A stretch of 64,000 nucleotides of DNA. It comes from Macrostomum lignano (lineage: Eukaryota). The position numbers were made by a program, and so were the translations under genes. Under the pieces are notes generated by a model. The model worked only from the letters and a program-made list of their open reading frames with translations. It did not search any database and was not told the DNA's origin. Shown here piece after piece: positions 26,831 to 40,200 of this stretch (position 1 is its first letter; each line of letters starts with the position of its first letter). The DNA is taken from positions 392,512 to 456,511 of the forward strand of contig NIVC01000735.1 in NCBI GenBank assembly GCA_002269645.1, read 5' to 3'.

Positions 26831-27431
26831 GGTTTCAACCTACTTCAGCAAAAAAATTTTAGGCAAAAGTCAGTAATGGCAAAAGATACATTTGCAATGA
26901 CCATTTTGGCAAAAAAAATATTCCAAGCTTCGTTGAAAAGTTTTTTGTTTTAGAAGAAAGTTAAAAATAAAAACAACAAACTTTATAAAGACAAATTTTA
27001 TTGTGACATGTTTTTGTTTTGTTGCAGTTTAATTTAGTTGTATTAGTTGTATTTGTATTACGGCAGAATTTCAAAATACAATTTTAGGAGCCTGGATAAT
27101 CTGAAAAACCACACCATCATCATCCCTAATCTACTGACTGCATATCAATAGACTGCATGTACATAACATAGCTATGAGCTAAGTCATGAGTTTTTTAATT
27201 TTCTAACTGCAAATAATTTGCAGCAATTATTTAATCTGTGATGATCAATGATCAATGATTTAAATTAAAAGCTTCAATCACCAAAGTGGTATATTTGCAA
27301 TATATACGTAGCCTATCTTTTCGCCAAACTGGTCACTTTCTTTTGCCGTAATGTACATCTATTGAAACTTAAAATTCACTTTTGCCGAAGCGTCTTTTGC
27401 CGAAAATTCCTTTGCCAAAATGGGTTGCACC
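26831..27431. mobile_element. Non-autonomous DNA transposon (Mutator-like by TSD length), copy 1, 601 bp
   Basis: 9-bp TSD CATCCCATA at 26822-26830 and 27432-27440. Imperfect TIRs GGTTTCAACCTACTTC / AAATGGGTTGCACC. Homologous to 32077-32647. Confidence 0.85.
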
Positions 27432-27857
27432 CATCCCATAGATGCTAGAGAGATGGGAAGATAATCAACCCTTGATAGATACAAATTTGGTCATCTAGGG
27501 GCTTATAGCCTACAGTCCAGATCATACCAAGTGCATACCAATGGCCAATACTAAACAAATCTATAGTATAAATGCTAATATACTAAGACAAATATTATAA
27601 TGAAATTTGGACTATGCAAAAGACTAGCAAACATCTGATATAATTTACGAAAATGGAATGGATGATATTGTAAATCTAATAAAAATCATAAGTTTTAATA
27701 TATTATACACTGTGCATGGCAATGCAATTATAAATTAAGTTTTAATTTTAAAATTATTTTAAAATTATTTTATTTTATTTTATTTTAAAATAATTTTTTA
27801 ATTTTTAATACTATATATACTAAGGTTTTAAAATAACACAAGAAAATTCTAGTATCT

Positions 27858-27985
27858 CTTCTATATTATACTATATTATACTTCTATATTATACTATATT
27901 ATACTTCTATATTATACTATATTATACTTCTATATTATACTATATTATACTTCTATATTATACTATATTATACTTCTATATTATA
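27858..27985. repeat. 23-bp AT-rich tandem repeat (TATATTATACTATATTATACTTC), about 5 copies
   Basis: Direct reading. Confidence 0.85.
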
Positions 27986-29119
27986 TCTTCTAGAAGATAA
28001 CAGTCCAATTTAGTAATAGCCACTTTGGTAAGCCACTTTGGTAACAAATGACTTATTTCATAGAGAGGATTTCTATGAGGAATGACTTATTTCATTTGTA
28101 ACAGCCATTTTAATAATAGCCACTTTAGTAACAAATGGACATAATAGTATATATTAAGTGATATACTCCAAAAGAATGTGCAAATGAGGTTTTGGAAAGA
28201 ATGACAAAAAAGAATTAGGATATATTCTTGCACACTTCTAGAGATAAAGTGATATAGAAAACTAGGCCTATGTAATGCATATATGCATATGTTTAACTTG
28301 TTCAAAAGATTTTTAACTGCAATATATTTTAATTTCTGGGAGCATCAGATATATAATTAATGACTTTAAAATAATAAGATTTACTTTAAGTTTTCATTTT
28401 TATAATTTTTTTTGCTTTAGTTTCTTTGCTTTCAAATTTTTAGAAAGCAAATGCAAGTTTAAAATAATTATAGTATAGTTTAACTTAAAAATGCAATTGT
28501 ATTTGGCAATAATTTTTATATATTAAACTACTAAGTACTAAAGTTAATAGTAGTATTATTATTTTAGTATAATGGATCTTATTATCAATTATAATATTGT
28601 GCTACATTGCACTTTTTTATATTTGTCTATAAATTGATTATAACTTCTATAATAGGCCTATAACAAACAATTTAGCTGCTAGGCCCCTATAGTTCAAGTG
28701 ACATATACACTGAGATTTCCCAGTATAGGCCTACAAGGGTATTTGCCATTTTCAATGTATATCAGCATATATCCCAATGTGTATAACATAGTAAAAATAT
28801 TCAGCTTAGATCTATGGTATATTTATATATGTTAGGATCAAATAAAGTGACTAAAGTTATATTATAGAAGGGCTTATGCTATTCTCAGAAATTTTTCGCA
28901 AAATTAAATTCTCGCCAAAATAACAACTATTGTATTATTTGTTTTAATGCACAATTTTGTTTTACCAAATAATCTTTGTTTTAATGATGCACATAATTTG
29001 TTTTAGTTTACTGATTTTTTTAATGCACAATATGTGAGCCAATAGAATAAGACATTGTTGGATAGAATTAAGAGTATTTTGTCAAAGCAGAAATTTTCAG
29101 TCAAGCATTGTGCCCAATA

Positions 29120-29262
29120 AAAAGGTGGAATACCCAGTAAAAGGGTGGAATACCCAGTAAAAGGGTGGAATACCCAGTATAGAGGGTGAAATACCCAGTA
29201 TAGAGGGTGGAATACCCAGTATAGAGGGTGGAATACCCAGTGTAAAGGTTGGATTACCCAGG
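29120..29262. repeat. 20-bp minisatellite (GGGTGGAATACCCAGTA[A/T]A[A/G]A), about 7 copies
   Basis: Direct reading. Confidence 0.85.
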
Positions 29263-29774
29263 AAAGGAGAATTTTCAGGCTGCTCCAGATTAGCGTGATG
29301 CAGTTCTAAGTTGTGAGAGACAGTACTTAAGAAGCCAGAAACCCCTTTGTCTGTGGTAAATGTGGTGTCTAGACTGGATAATTGTAGGAATTTAGCAGTA
29401 GTCAGCAGTGTCTTGCCGCTCGGGCACTGAAGCTACCAAGGGTAATTCGTAGCAACAATAGCCCATAATGTAAAAGTACATGTAAGTATAGAAATAGGAT
29501 TCTTAGAAATAGCAAACTTAGCAGATTTAGTACAGTTCAGTGATTAAACTTTAGAATTAAATAGAGAGAGCTTTTTTGTCTTTTCTCAATGCACATTGCA
29601 AAAGTGCATAATTTTAGTTTGCTAGGCCTACTTTTCTCTATATGAATAACAAATTCAAGAATGAAAAAAGTGTACAACTTTGGCATACAAAGTTTAAAAC
29701 ATTTTGTGGCAATCTTCTAGTTTTGCACATTTAATTATTTTAAAGCATTTTTTATTATTTTCAGCAAAGCAATC

Positions 29775-30120
29775 ATGGCTGGGTGCCCTGCAGCACCAAC
29801 AACTATTGTTCCAGTCCCAGACCTATAACTTGCTGCTGATCTATGCAACCTGAACCCCTTGATGCATGAGTTTAATTAAATTACAGCTACAAATGATGCA
29901 CTGATCCACTGGCTAGCCAGGTACCACCTGCTACTAGCCAATAAACATTGCTGTGCCAATTGTCCTGGGCAGCCATCCATGCAGCTGCAGATATAGGAAG
30001 GCAACTGCTTTATCAACTGCTGCTGCTAGGCTTGCCCACAATGCCGGACACAGGCCTCAATCTAAGGGAACATCCTTTTCTGGGTGGCACACTATTATGC
30101 CGTCTGATCTGAGGCATAAA
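29775..30120 (+). pseudogene. Decayed Merlin/ISXO2-like transposase N-terminal fragment
   Basis: Translation from ATG 29775 gives ...ALIHWLARYHLLLANKHCCANCPGQPSMQL...*ACPQCRTQASI, then after a frameshift KGTSFSGWH. This matches the W-L...C-x2-C...M-x-L...W-x-C-x2-C...S-I-R-K-G-S-F pattern of Merlin transposases as recalled. Five in-frame stops. Confidence 0.5.
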
Positions 30121-30510
30121 ACATAAAACAAAACTGTCGTTAACTGTCATTTTAAAAACAGTTAGAATTAAATGTGCAAAACTAGAAGATTGCCCATTTT
30201 TTGTCCTAGCATACAAATGTGGTCTTGCATTTTTCCCTTACTGGACCTGGCGACTGGCATACATTAGTACATTATTTGAACTATGCCTAGTAGACCCTAG
30301 TCTTAGTATATAATAAAATATTCATTTATTCATTTTTTGGGGCTCTAAAATTAGAAATCAATACAATTCAAGCAAAAAAATTTAACAAACAATTCTATAT
30401 GACAGTAGGCTTATGCCTATATAGACTACTTTGTCTATTACTAGAATAGAATGACAGAACTGTTATTACCAACTGTTCAGCTAATACCATATTTAAATGC
30501 CAATAAAATT

Positions 30511-30603
30511 GGGCATAGTTCTAGTTTACTTTGTTATATTCCAACCCCCCTACCCTTGAATAGAGGGCGAAATAATTTAATGCAGTAAACTAGAACTATG
30601 CCA
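30511..30603. repeat. Short inverted repeat (GCATAGTTCTAGTTTAC ... GTAAACTAGAACTATGC)
   Basis: 17-bp perfect arms around a spacer of about 55 bp. Confidence 0.6.
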
Positions 30604-32076
30604 AAAATTGTCATCATTCTCTAGATTCTAGGACCCACTCTTGTTGCTGTTGCAGGCCTACAACACATACATGGGTACTAACTCGCGGCAAATCGTCTTT
30701 ATAAACTTCTATTTCGAAAACTTTTCCAAATACATAGCTCTATAATATATTGGCCAAACAGGCTAATTGCCTGAGCCAAATTCTCTTACTACTCTCTTAC
30801 TACTTACAGAAGTGTTATGTAACAACAATATTTTAACGTTAGAGTTGAAACGCAAGCTAGCTAACCGATCGAATAGTTTTGTCAAACTCTGAAAGCCATT
30901 CTCTTTAGGCCCTACTCCAATCAGATTGTAAAAGAAATATCATAGGGTTGAAACGCTTAAAACTTATGAAAGTAAAAGTAAATATGAAATAGTCAAATAG
31001 TAGTCATAGAAAAGACTACTAGACTAGATTAGAATGCTAGTCATTAATTAGCATTGCCACAACCCCCATTTATTTCTAAATAATTTTGCGTTTCACAATT
31101 ATCTTTTAACCAAATATAATAATTAGAGCTCTACTACATGAATAGTAGTTCTGATGTAGTTCTGATAAAGCTCGCAATAAATTTAAAAAAATGCAAATAA
31201 AATTTTGTTTTACTGTTTCGGTGTTTCTAAACAAAGTTTATGACTTAAAAACATGTACATGCCTAGAAAAACAGTTTCCGTTATATTCAAAATACCAAAA
31301 CAAAATAAAATTTTATTTACTTATCAGACACTTCTAAAATAATCTATGATGAAACTTCTTGCAAACATAATTTTAAAAAGTGACGTGCAAGCATGAACAC
31401 ATCACCAGTATGATATAATTTAGTCGTTTTATTCACTTAGTCATAGTGTTTTGTACTCTTTACTTTGCATTTTCTATATACTATAAATATCTCAATCGAA
31501 AGCAAATGATTACCCAAAACTCTGTGTTCATTGCGCTACTTTCGTTACTTACTTCCCTTTCATTAAATCTCCCATTTTGTGAATTCTTGTGAATTATTCA
31601 TAATCATAACCTGTTTTTGATTTCCTATTTAAATTAATGACAGCTGGTAGCTTCTGGTGCTATTAGCCTTGAACTTGGCTATCTTTTGTATGCTGACTGT
31701 GTACACTTCATGTTGAACCTGAAAATTTTATATGCCAAGTGTTATGCCAAGATTGTTAGTGAAAGCAAAAATACACTGGAAAGTTCTGGCATAAAAGCCA
31801 CTTTCCAGTCCATGGCTTCCAGCTCCAGCAAAAATTGTCATATTCGATATTGTCATATGTGGGTAACAAGAAAAACAACTAAATTATCTAAATTGTCATC
31901 GTCTCTGCATTTAGACAATGCTGGATTCACTAAATTGTCATATTATATTTATGTTTCATTGTTTGTGCAAGGATCTTGGCTCTCATAGTGGCAACATGTT
32001 CTTGTTTGATAAATGATTTTCAACTTTAAATTATATTTATACCATCTGCTTAAAAGATGCAAAGCCTTGGACTAAT

Positions 32077-32647
32077 GGTTTCAACCTACTTCGGCGAAAT
32101 AATTTTCGGCAAAAGTCAATAATGGCAAAAAATACTTTCATAATGAGCATTTTGTTTAAAGCTGACCATTTTGGTGAAAAAATTTATTCTAAGCTTTGCT
32201 GAGAAGTTTTTTGTTTTAGAAGTAAGTTAAAAAAATGATAAACTTTAAAGAGACTAATTTCATCTAAACATGTTTTTGTTTTGTCGCAGTTTAATTTAGT
32301 TGTTTTATTAGATGCCCTTCCATTATGGCGGAATTTCAAAGTACAATTTTAGGAGCCTGGGATTTAATCTGAAAAACCACACCATCATCATCCCTAATCT
32401 ATCAATTGCATATTGATAGATTGCATGTACATAACATAACTACAAGCTAAGTCATGAGTTTTTTAATTTTCTAACTGCAAATAATGAACAATTTATTAAA
32501 AGCTTCAATCACCAAAGTGGTATATTTGCAATATATACGTAGCCCATCTTTTTGCCGAACTGGTCACTTTCTTTTACCTAAATGTACATCTATTGAAACT
32601 TAAAATTCACTTTTGCTGAAGCGTCTTTTGCCGAAATGGGCTACACC
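32077..32647. mobile_element. Non-autonomous DNA transposon (Mutator-like by TSD length), copy 2, 571 bp
   Basis: 9-bp TSD TGGACTAAT at 32068-32076 and 32648-32656. Same termini and internal sequence as 26831-27431. Confidence 0.85.
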
Positions 32648-34276
32648 TGGACTAATTCCCATATTAAAGTTAATAGTCTAGCTGAACTTAAGGTTTAACC
32701 ATAGAATACTGAGCTAATATTAACAGAGTATTCTTTGGGTTTAAATAGGAATTAATAATAGAAAGATTATGTTTTAATAGTTTGATAGCTTTATAATTAG
32801 AAGCAGATTTATTTTTAAGCTTTATTTAAAATATTATTTCTTAGCTGTTGTAAAAATTTGCTTTTAATTTATTCTAGTGTCCTATGTTATTTTGTTTAAC
32901 TTTGTTTTAATTCTAAGAAATTTGATAAATTTGTCATATTTAAATGATAAAGTCTTAGGGATTGGCTAAGTTGTCATCATCATATGACAATTTAGAATAT
33001 AACAATTTTGATCATACCCTTGCTTCCTCTTTGCACTTTGTCTCATAAAAGGGTGCGCAGCATAAAAGGGATACAAGTATAAGACAAGAAGCAGTTAGAC
33101 TATGTATAGAAGATAAAGACTAAAGGCCTAGTACCTAACAATATATTAATCAAGATATAAGTAAATAGCTTTTAAAATCCAGAAATACTATATTCATATA
33201 AATATAAACATGTATAAATAGTAGTATCTATTTAACTACATGAATAACAAATTGGCTTTTTGTCCAGTATAATAAACTAGACAAATAGTGAAATATCTAT
33301 TTATCTAAGAACCAGAAAAATAACCATATTGCTTTGTCTGGTAACTAGACAAATAACAATTGCCAAACTTAATATATATTTTATGCAAAAGATTAGTTAA
33401 AATGAAAAAAAGGTTTACTTTTTTAGATTTTTGTTATATTTACTTTGCATTTAAAGATTTTGAAATTAAATTGGAATTAAATTCTTTTGCTTTTATAACT
33501 AATTAAAACTATAAATGAGATCCTTGTCATTGATTTTGTGTTTATCTAACTTTCTTAGCATGCGTGCTTTGTATTATAGCCTTGTATATAGCAAATTTTA
33601 TTTTTTTCAAATAGATTATTCAAAATAAAAATAGCATGCCAGTTTTAAAAATAAATAATACTTTTTAAGGTAAAGAAAAAGTGTTGTAAAGCTTCATTAA
33701 ATTATTATTAAAATCATGGAAACCTTAAGCATAAAGTCATTATAAAAATAAAAGCAACACAATAAAAAATTTTTTTAATTCTTCACTATGTATTTGCATC
33801 ATTAGTAATTAGTTATATCTGATATTTTGTTGCCCCTAGTCAAGAAACAAATTTAATATGATTTTTGTCTATTATGAAAAATGTCAATTTGTTCATTCAT
33901 GGTTTTATTGTACGCCTTAATTTTTTTATTGTAACATTGTATGTTTGCATGGCATTAATAGATAGCAATTTATTTATTTTCAGTTGCAATTTGACTTGTT
34001 CAAAATCAATAATGGAAATATGTAAGTCAAATGACACTTTATTTTCAAGATACTAATAATTAAAAAAATGTATTTGATCTCAATATTGACTATGGTCTTC
34101 ACAGATATTTAATGTTTATTATTTTTCCCCACTTGCCAATGCATTTTAGTGCAGCAAGCTGTTACAAATTACTGCAAACTTGACAAAAAGTTGGACTCCT
34201 GTACAACTATGTAAGTACTAACATGGTCAGGCTGTCACCTGTGCTATTGTCTTGTCTATGCAGGCCACTTCCATAG

Positions 34277-37200
34277 GACTCACCAATTCTTGCACTTTGC
34301 AGCTCTGAGCTGTATGATCGAATTGGCGGCACTGAGCTGGGCGCCTCCCTGCTGTGCACCGCCAATCCCGAGCAGCAGCTGCAGGTCACTCACTGGGTTC
34401 GCTACTCCCTGCTCCACCTGCGCCAGCGGCCTGACCTGCTGGCCTCTGCGCTGGCCCACGCCACCTACCTGGTGGGCGGCAGCCTCAGCCTGGCCGACCT
34501 GGCTGTCTGGGCGCAGCTCAGCTGCTGTCCGCGCTGGCAGGCCGCCAGGAAAGCCGGCGCCGCTCAGGCTGAGATCGAGCGGCACTTCCGGCTGATTGGC
34601 GCCGAGGTTGGCGACGCTGTTGGCGCGCTGAAAGCCCCAGCGACTGCGGCACCGGGCGATAGCGGCGCCGCTGGCATGAAGTTCGAGGAGGGCGGCAAAT
34701 TCCGCGACCTCTCTGGTGCCGTGCACGGCGAGGTGGTGGTTCGATTCCCGCCCGAGGCCAGCGGCTACCTGCACGTCGGCCATGCCAAAGCCGCGCTGTT
34801 GAATCAGCATTACAGGAACAGCTGCGGCGGCCGTCTCATCATGCGATTTGATGACACTAATCCGGCCAAGGAGACTGCCGAGTTTGAGCAGGTTAGAATG
34901 CCAGTTTCGCGTGTCCCAGTGTCTCTAACGTACCATTTGGCAGCTGCATGCTGAAGTACTCAGGGTAGGTAGATGCACTTCTAAAGTACTTAAGGCAGGT
35001 ACATTTGGATGCACTTCTTAAGTACTCGGGCCCCGTTTCTGTGCTGTAATTGGTCCATACCCCAATGGTGCTATTTCTAAAATCCACGGTACCAATGTGT
35101 AATTTGGAGTATTGGAGTCTCTAGTTTTTCAGTGCGACGCGACTGCTTCCCTCAGGTAATCCTAGAGGACGTGGCCGCCCTGGGCATCACCTACGATCAT
35201 TTCTCGCACACGTCCGACCACTTCGACCGGATGATGCAGCTGTGCGAGCGAATGCTGCGCGAAGGCAAGGCTTTTGTTGACGACACGGACCCAGAGGCCA
35301 TGAAGGCCGAGCGGGAGAAGCGGGTGGAATCCCGCAATAGAAACAATTGTGAGTGTAAAGCTTTACCTTAGCTATAATACTACTGGCTTCAGTAGTCAGT
35401 TTGGTTTATTTCACTGAACTCCGACTCCATCTCCCCTGGTCAGCCGTGGAGCAGAACATGCGCCTGTGGGAGGAGATGAAGGCCGGCACTCCGCTGGGCT
35501 GTCGGTGCTGCGTGCGCGCCAAAATTGACATGCAATCGGACAATGGCTGCATGCGCGATCCCACCATCTACAGGTGCAAAAATGAGCCGCATCTGCGCAC
35601 CGGTACTAAGTACAAGTGAGTGCTGTTGGAGTAGCAATAAGTAAATCTGCTGAATTTATGACAATCCAGCATCAGTAACTGACTTTTCTAACCGTCATTG
35701 AAGAGTCTACCCGACCTACGACTTTGCCTGCCCGATTGTGGACTCGCTGGAGGGCGTCACGCACGCCCTGCGCACCCTGGAGTACAAGGACCGCGATGCC
35801 CAGTACAATTGGTTCATTGACGCGCTGGGTGAGCTGACACAGCTGACCTACTTGATCACTACTTGCACCAAATGTGAAACATTAGTCACTGAGATTTCTT
35901 GTCGGTCTTTCTGTTTTTGAAGGTCTTCGCCGGCCCCTGCTAGAGGAGTTCAGCCGACTGGCCCTGCAGAACACGGTGCTGAGCAAGCGCAAGCTCACCT
36001 GGTTCGTGAACGAAGGCCTGGTGGACGGCTGGGACGATCCCCGATTCCCCACCGTGCGGGGCATCCTCCGGCGTGGCATGACGCTCGAGGGCCTGCGGCA
36101 GTTCATCCTGGCCCAGGGATTCGCCAAATCCAACGCCACCATGGAGTGGGACAAGATCTGGGCGTTCAACAAGAAGGTGATCGACCCGGTGGCGCCCAGG
36201 TACACGGCGCTGTTCAAGAAAGAGGCTGTGCCGGTCCGAGTGACCAACTTTGACCGCGCCGAGCCCTACAGCTCCAAGGCGAGTCCTAGGTTTATTATTG
36301 TTTTAGCATGACGAAGTTTTGTTCTTTAGAATGCTTTTTTAGTTTTTTACGCAGCGTCCGTGCAAATTAATAATCAGCCGCTCCACCTTGCAGGTTGCGC
36401 TGCACCCAAAGAACGCGGACGTCGGCACTAAAACGATGTGGCACTGGCGCGAATTGCTCATTGAAGGCGCCGACGCACAGACTCTGCACGAAGGCGAGCT
36501 GGTCACCTTCATCAACTGGGGCAACCTCTGCGTTACCCGCCTGGTCCGCGCGCCAGACGGCCGAGTCACAGAGGTTGAGGCTGAGCTTCGGTTGGACAAC
36601 ACAGACTACAAGAAGACGCTGAAGGTCACGTGGCTGGCAAACCTGCCCGCCAACCTGGTGCCCGCCGTGTGCGTCCACTACGATCACATCATCAGCAAGC
36701 CGCTGGTGGGCAAGGACGAGGACTTCCGGCAGTTTGTGAACCGGAACTCCAAGAGACAGGAGCTGATGCTGGGTGATGAAGGACTGGCCAACCTCCGCAA
36801 AGGCGACATCATCCAGCTTCAGCGGCGCGGCTTCTTCATCTGCGATGAACCAGCAGGCGAGAGCGCGTACTCGGGCTGCGCCATGCCCTGCTACCTCATT
36901 GCCGTGCCCGACGGCCACCAGAAGGAGATGCCCACTTCCGGGTCCAAGCACAAGGAGGCTCCGGCCGGCCAGGAGGCCAAGGCAAGCACCGGCGGCCGCG
37001 TCTCCTCGAAGGGCGCGGCAGGCAAGGCGGCCTCAAAGAAGGCCTCGTCACCGCCGGCCGTGACAGCAACGGTTAATGGCGGCGGTCCAGGACCAGACGC
37101 TAGAAGCCTTGACCTGCTGCGGCAGATTGAGGCGCAGGGCAACCTAGTGCGCGAGATGAAGGCCGCGAAAGCTGACAACGTGAGGATAATTAGAATGATT

Positions 37201-40200
37201 CATAAATTCTCCATTGTAAACTAGCCATGCGTTTTGGCCTTGCAGATTCACGCGTGTCGCTATCAGCATCTCTCTAACCTTCTCTTTTTGATTAAATACA
37301 GAATGCTGTACAAGTCGAGTTGAAAAAACTGCTGCAGCTCAAGGCGGACTTCAAGTCTCACAGCGGCCAGGACTGGAAGCCCGACCTGCTGCAGAAAGCC
37401 TCAGCTGCCGACCCAGCAACCGCAGCGGCGCCGCCTCCTCAGGGCTCGGGGCTGCAGCAGTTCAAGCCGCTGCTGGAGAAAATCGCAGCACAAGGCGATC
37501 TGGTCAGGGATCTGAAGGCGAAGAAGGCGGACCAGGTGAGCTGCGTGAGCCTGTTTGAGTAGGGAATTGAGCTGACCAGAGTGATGAACTCACAGTTGCA
37601 CTGAGACAGCGCAGTGATGCAAGTCATCTGTGTGCACTCTAATTTTTTTCTGATGCTGGTCGCTCCATCACTTGCAGCAGGCATTCAATTTGTCAATTTA
37701 GTTGGGTAACTGGGTGTGTTGCTATGGGATACTCTGTAACTGGGTGTGTTGCTGTGGTAGACTCGGTAACTGGGTGTGTTGCTGTGGCAGACTCGGTAAC
37801 TGGGTGTGTTGCTGTGGGATACTCGGTAACTGGGTGTGTTGCTGTGGTAGACTCGGTAACTGGGTGTGTTGCTGTGGGGGATACTCGGTAACTGGGTGTG
37901 TTGCTGTGGGATACTCGGTAACTGGGTGTGTTGCTGTGGCATACTCGGTAACTGGGTGTGTTGCTGTGGCAGACTCGGTAACTGGGTGTGTTGCTGTGGG
38001 ATACTCGGTAACTGGGTGTGTTGCTGTGGGATACTCGGTAACTGAGTGTGTTGCTGTGGGATACTCGGTAACTGGGTGTGTTGCTGTGGGATACTCGGTA
38101 ACTGGGTGTGTTGCTGTGGTAGACTCGGTAACTGGGTGTGTTGCTGTGGGATACTCGGTAACTGGGTGTGTTGCTGTGGTAGACTCGGTAACTGGGTGTG
38201 TTGCTGTGGGGGATACTCGGTAACTCGGTGTGTTGCTGTGGGATACTCGGTAACTGGGTGTCTTGCTGTGGTAGACTCGGTAACTGGGTGTGTTGCTGTG
38301 GGATACTCGGTAACTGGGTGTGTTGCTGTGGTAGACTCGCTAACTGGGTGTGTTGCTGTGGGATACTCGGTAACTGGGTGTGTTGCTGTGGTAGACTCGG
38401 TAACTGGGTGTGTTGCTGTGGGATACTCGGTAACTGGGTGTGTTGCTGTGGTAGACTCGGTAACTGGGTGTGTTGCTGTGGGGGATACTCGGTAACTGGG
38501 TGTGTTGCTGTGGGATACTCGGTAACTGGGTGTGTTGCTGTGGGGGATACTCGGTAACTGGGTGTGTTGCTGTGGTAGACTCGGTAACTGGGTGTGTTGC
38601 TGTGGGATACTCGGTAACTGGGTGTGTTGCTGTGGTAGACTCGGTAACTGGGTGTGTTGCTGTGGGATACTCGGTAACTGGGTGTGTTGCTGTGGGATAC
38701 TCGGTAACTGGGTGTGTTACTGTGGGGGATACTCGGTAACTGGGTGTGTTGCTGTGGTAGACTCGGTAACTGGGTGTGTTGCTGTGGTAGACTCGGTAAC
38801 TGGGTGTGTTGCTGTGGGATACTCGGTAACTGGGTGTGTTGCTGTGGGGGATACTCGGTAACTGGGTGTGTTGCTGTGGGATACTCGGTAACTGGGTGTG
38901 TTGCTGTGGGATACTCGGTAACTGGGTGTGTTGCTGTGGTAGACTCGGTATCTAGGTGTGGTGCTTCAATGGCTTAAAGTATAACTTGCTCAATTCCGAA
39001 TGCAATGATGACTCAAAGTCGCACTGATTACACATCTGTAATGATGTCAATCTACCTTTAATTTTACTGAAGCATTCGGACTCGTCGGTTCGAATTCAGA
39101 AAAGTGAACACTGTCGCATTTTTCTTAGAGACGGTCGGCTGTGCGCACACTGGCTGCATTTCAAGCGACATGCCATATTTTCACAATCGGCGAGATTCAT
39201 TACTGCCCATTCTGCCGACTTCTGTGCAGGCACACACTCACATAGGGGTGCACAGCGGCCCTAAATTTGTTTATCGATTGGCATGTTTACTTCACTGTGC
39301 TTTGGGGGTTGGCCATCAAGTGCGTTAATCGCACGAGCAGACCTAAGCCGAGATTGCAATTTAGAGCTTAGAATCGAGTCTGAGCCGCTGGCACATCAAA
39401 GCGCCGCGCTAGGCCCATCAGTGCAGCCGCTCCCCCAACCTCACTGTGAACCTTCAGGCCGCAATCAAGTCGGCAGTGGACCAGCTGCTGCAGCTCAAGG
39501 CGGACTTCAAGTCTCACAGCGGTCAGGACTGGAAGCCCGAACTGCTGCAGAAGGCCACCCCTGCCGCCCCAGCTGCCGCCCCAGCAACCGCAGCGGCGCC
39601 GCCTCCTCAGGGCTCGGGGCTGCAGCAGTTCAAGCCGCTGCTGGAGAAAATCGCAGCACAAGGCGATTTGGTCAGGGACCTGAAGGCAAAGAAGGCGGAC
39701 CAGGTGAGCTGCGTGAGCCTGTTTGAGTAGGGAATTGAGCTGACCAGAGTGATGAACTCACAGTTGCACTGAGACAGCGCAGTGATGCAAGTCATCTGTG
39801 TGCACTCTAATTTTTTTCTGATGCTGGTCGCTCTTCTGTTTCTATCGTGCTTTGCTATACTTCAGTTCTGAAGTCGAGTTCTGTAGGTCTTTAATTTAGG
39901 TTTCTAGCCGATTATCCGGTTCAGCCGAGTGCAGCAGCTACTTCCACGCCGTTTTGCACTGAAGCATTTGAGAATTCAGAGCCACATGCTCTGACAATGC
40001 GCTCGTATAGAGAGCTCAATTAGTTTGAATGGCGCGTGAGCATCAGAGCCACATGCTCTGACAATGCGCTCGTATAGAGAGCTCAATTAGTTTGAATGGC
40101 GCGTGAGCATCAGAGCCACATGCTCTGACAATGCGCTCGTATAGAGAGCTCAATTAGTTTGAATGGCGCGTGAGCATCAGAGCCACATGCTCTGACAATG

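Noticed and set aside
34130-34276. Candidate start exon for GluRS (donor-like CTAT|GTAAGT at about 34211)
   Set aside because: No in-frame ATG-containing exon could be established; the GluRS start remains unlocated.
37702-38977. Cys-rich ORFs (GNWVCCCG / VTGCVAVG) suggesting a metallothionein- or keratin-associated-like protein
   Set aside because: They are translations of the 30-bp intronic minisatellite in the GluRS intron.
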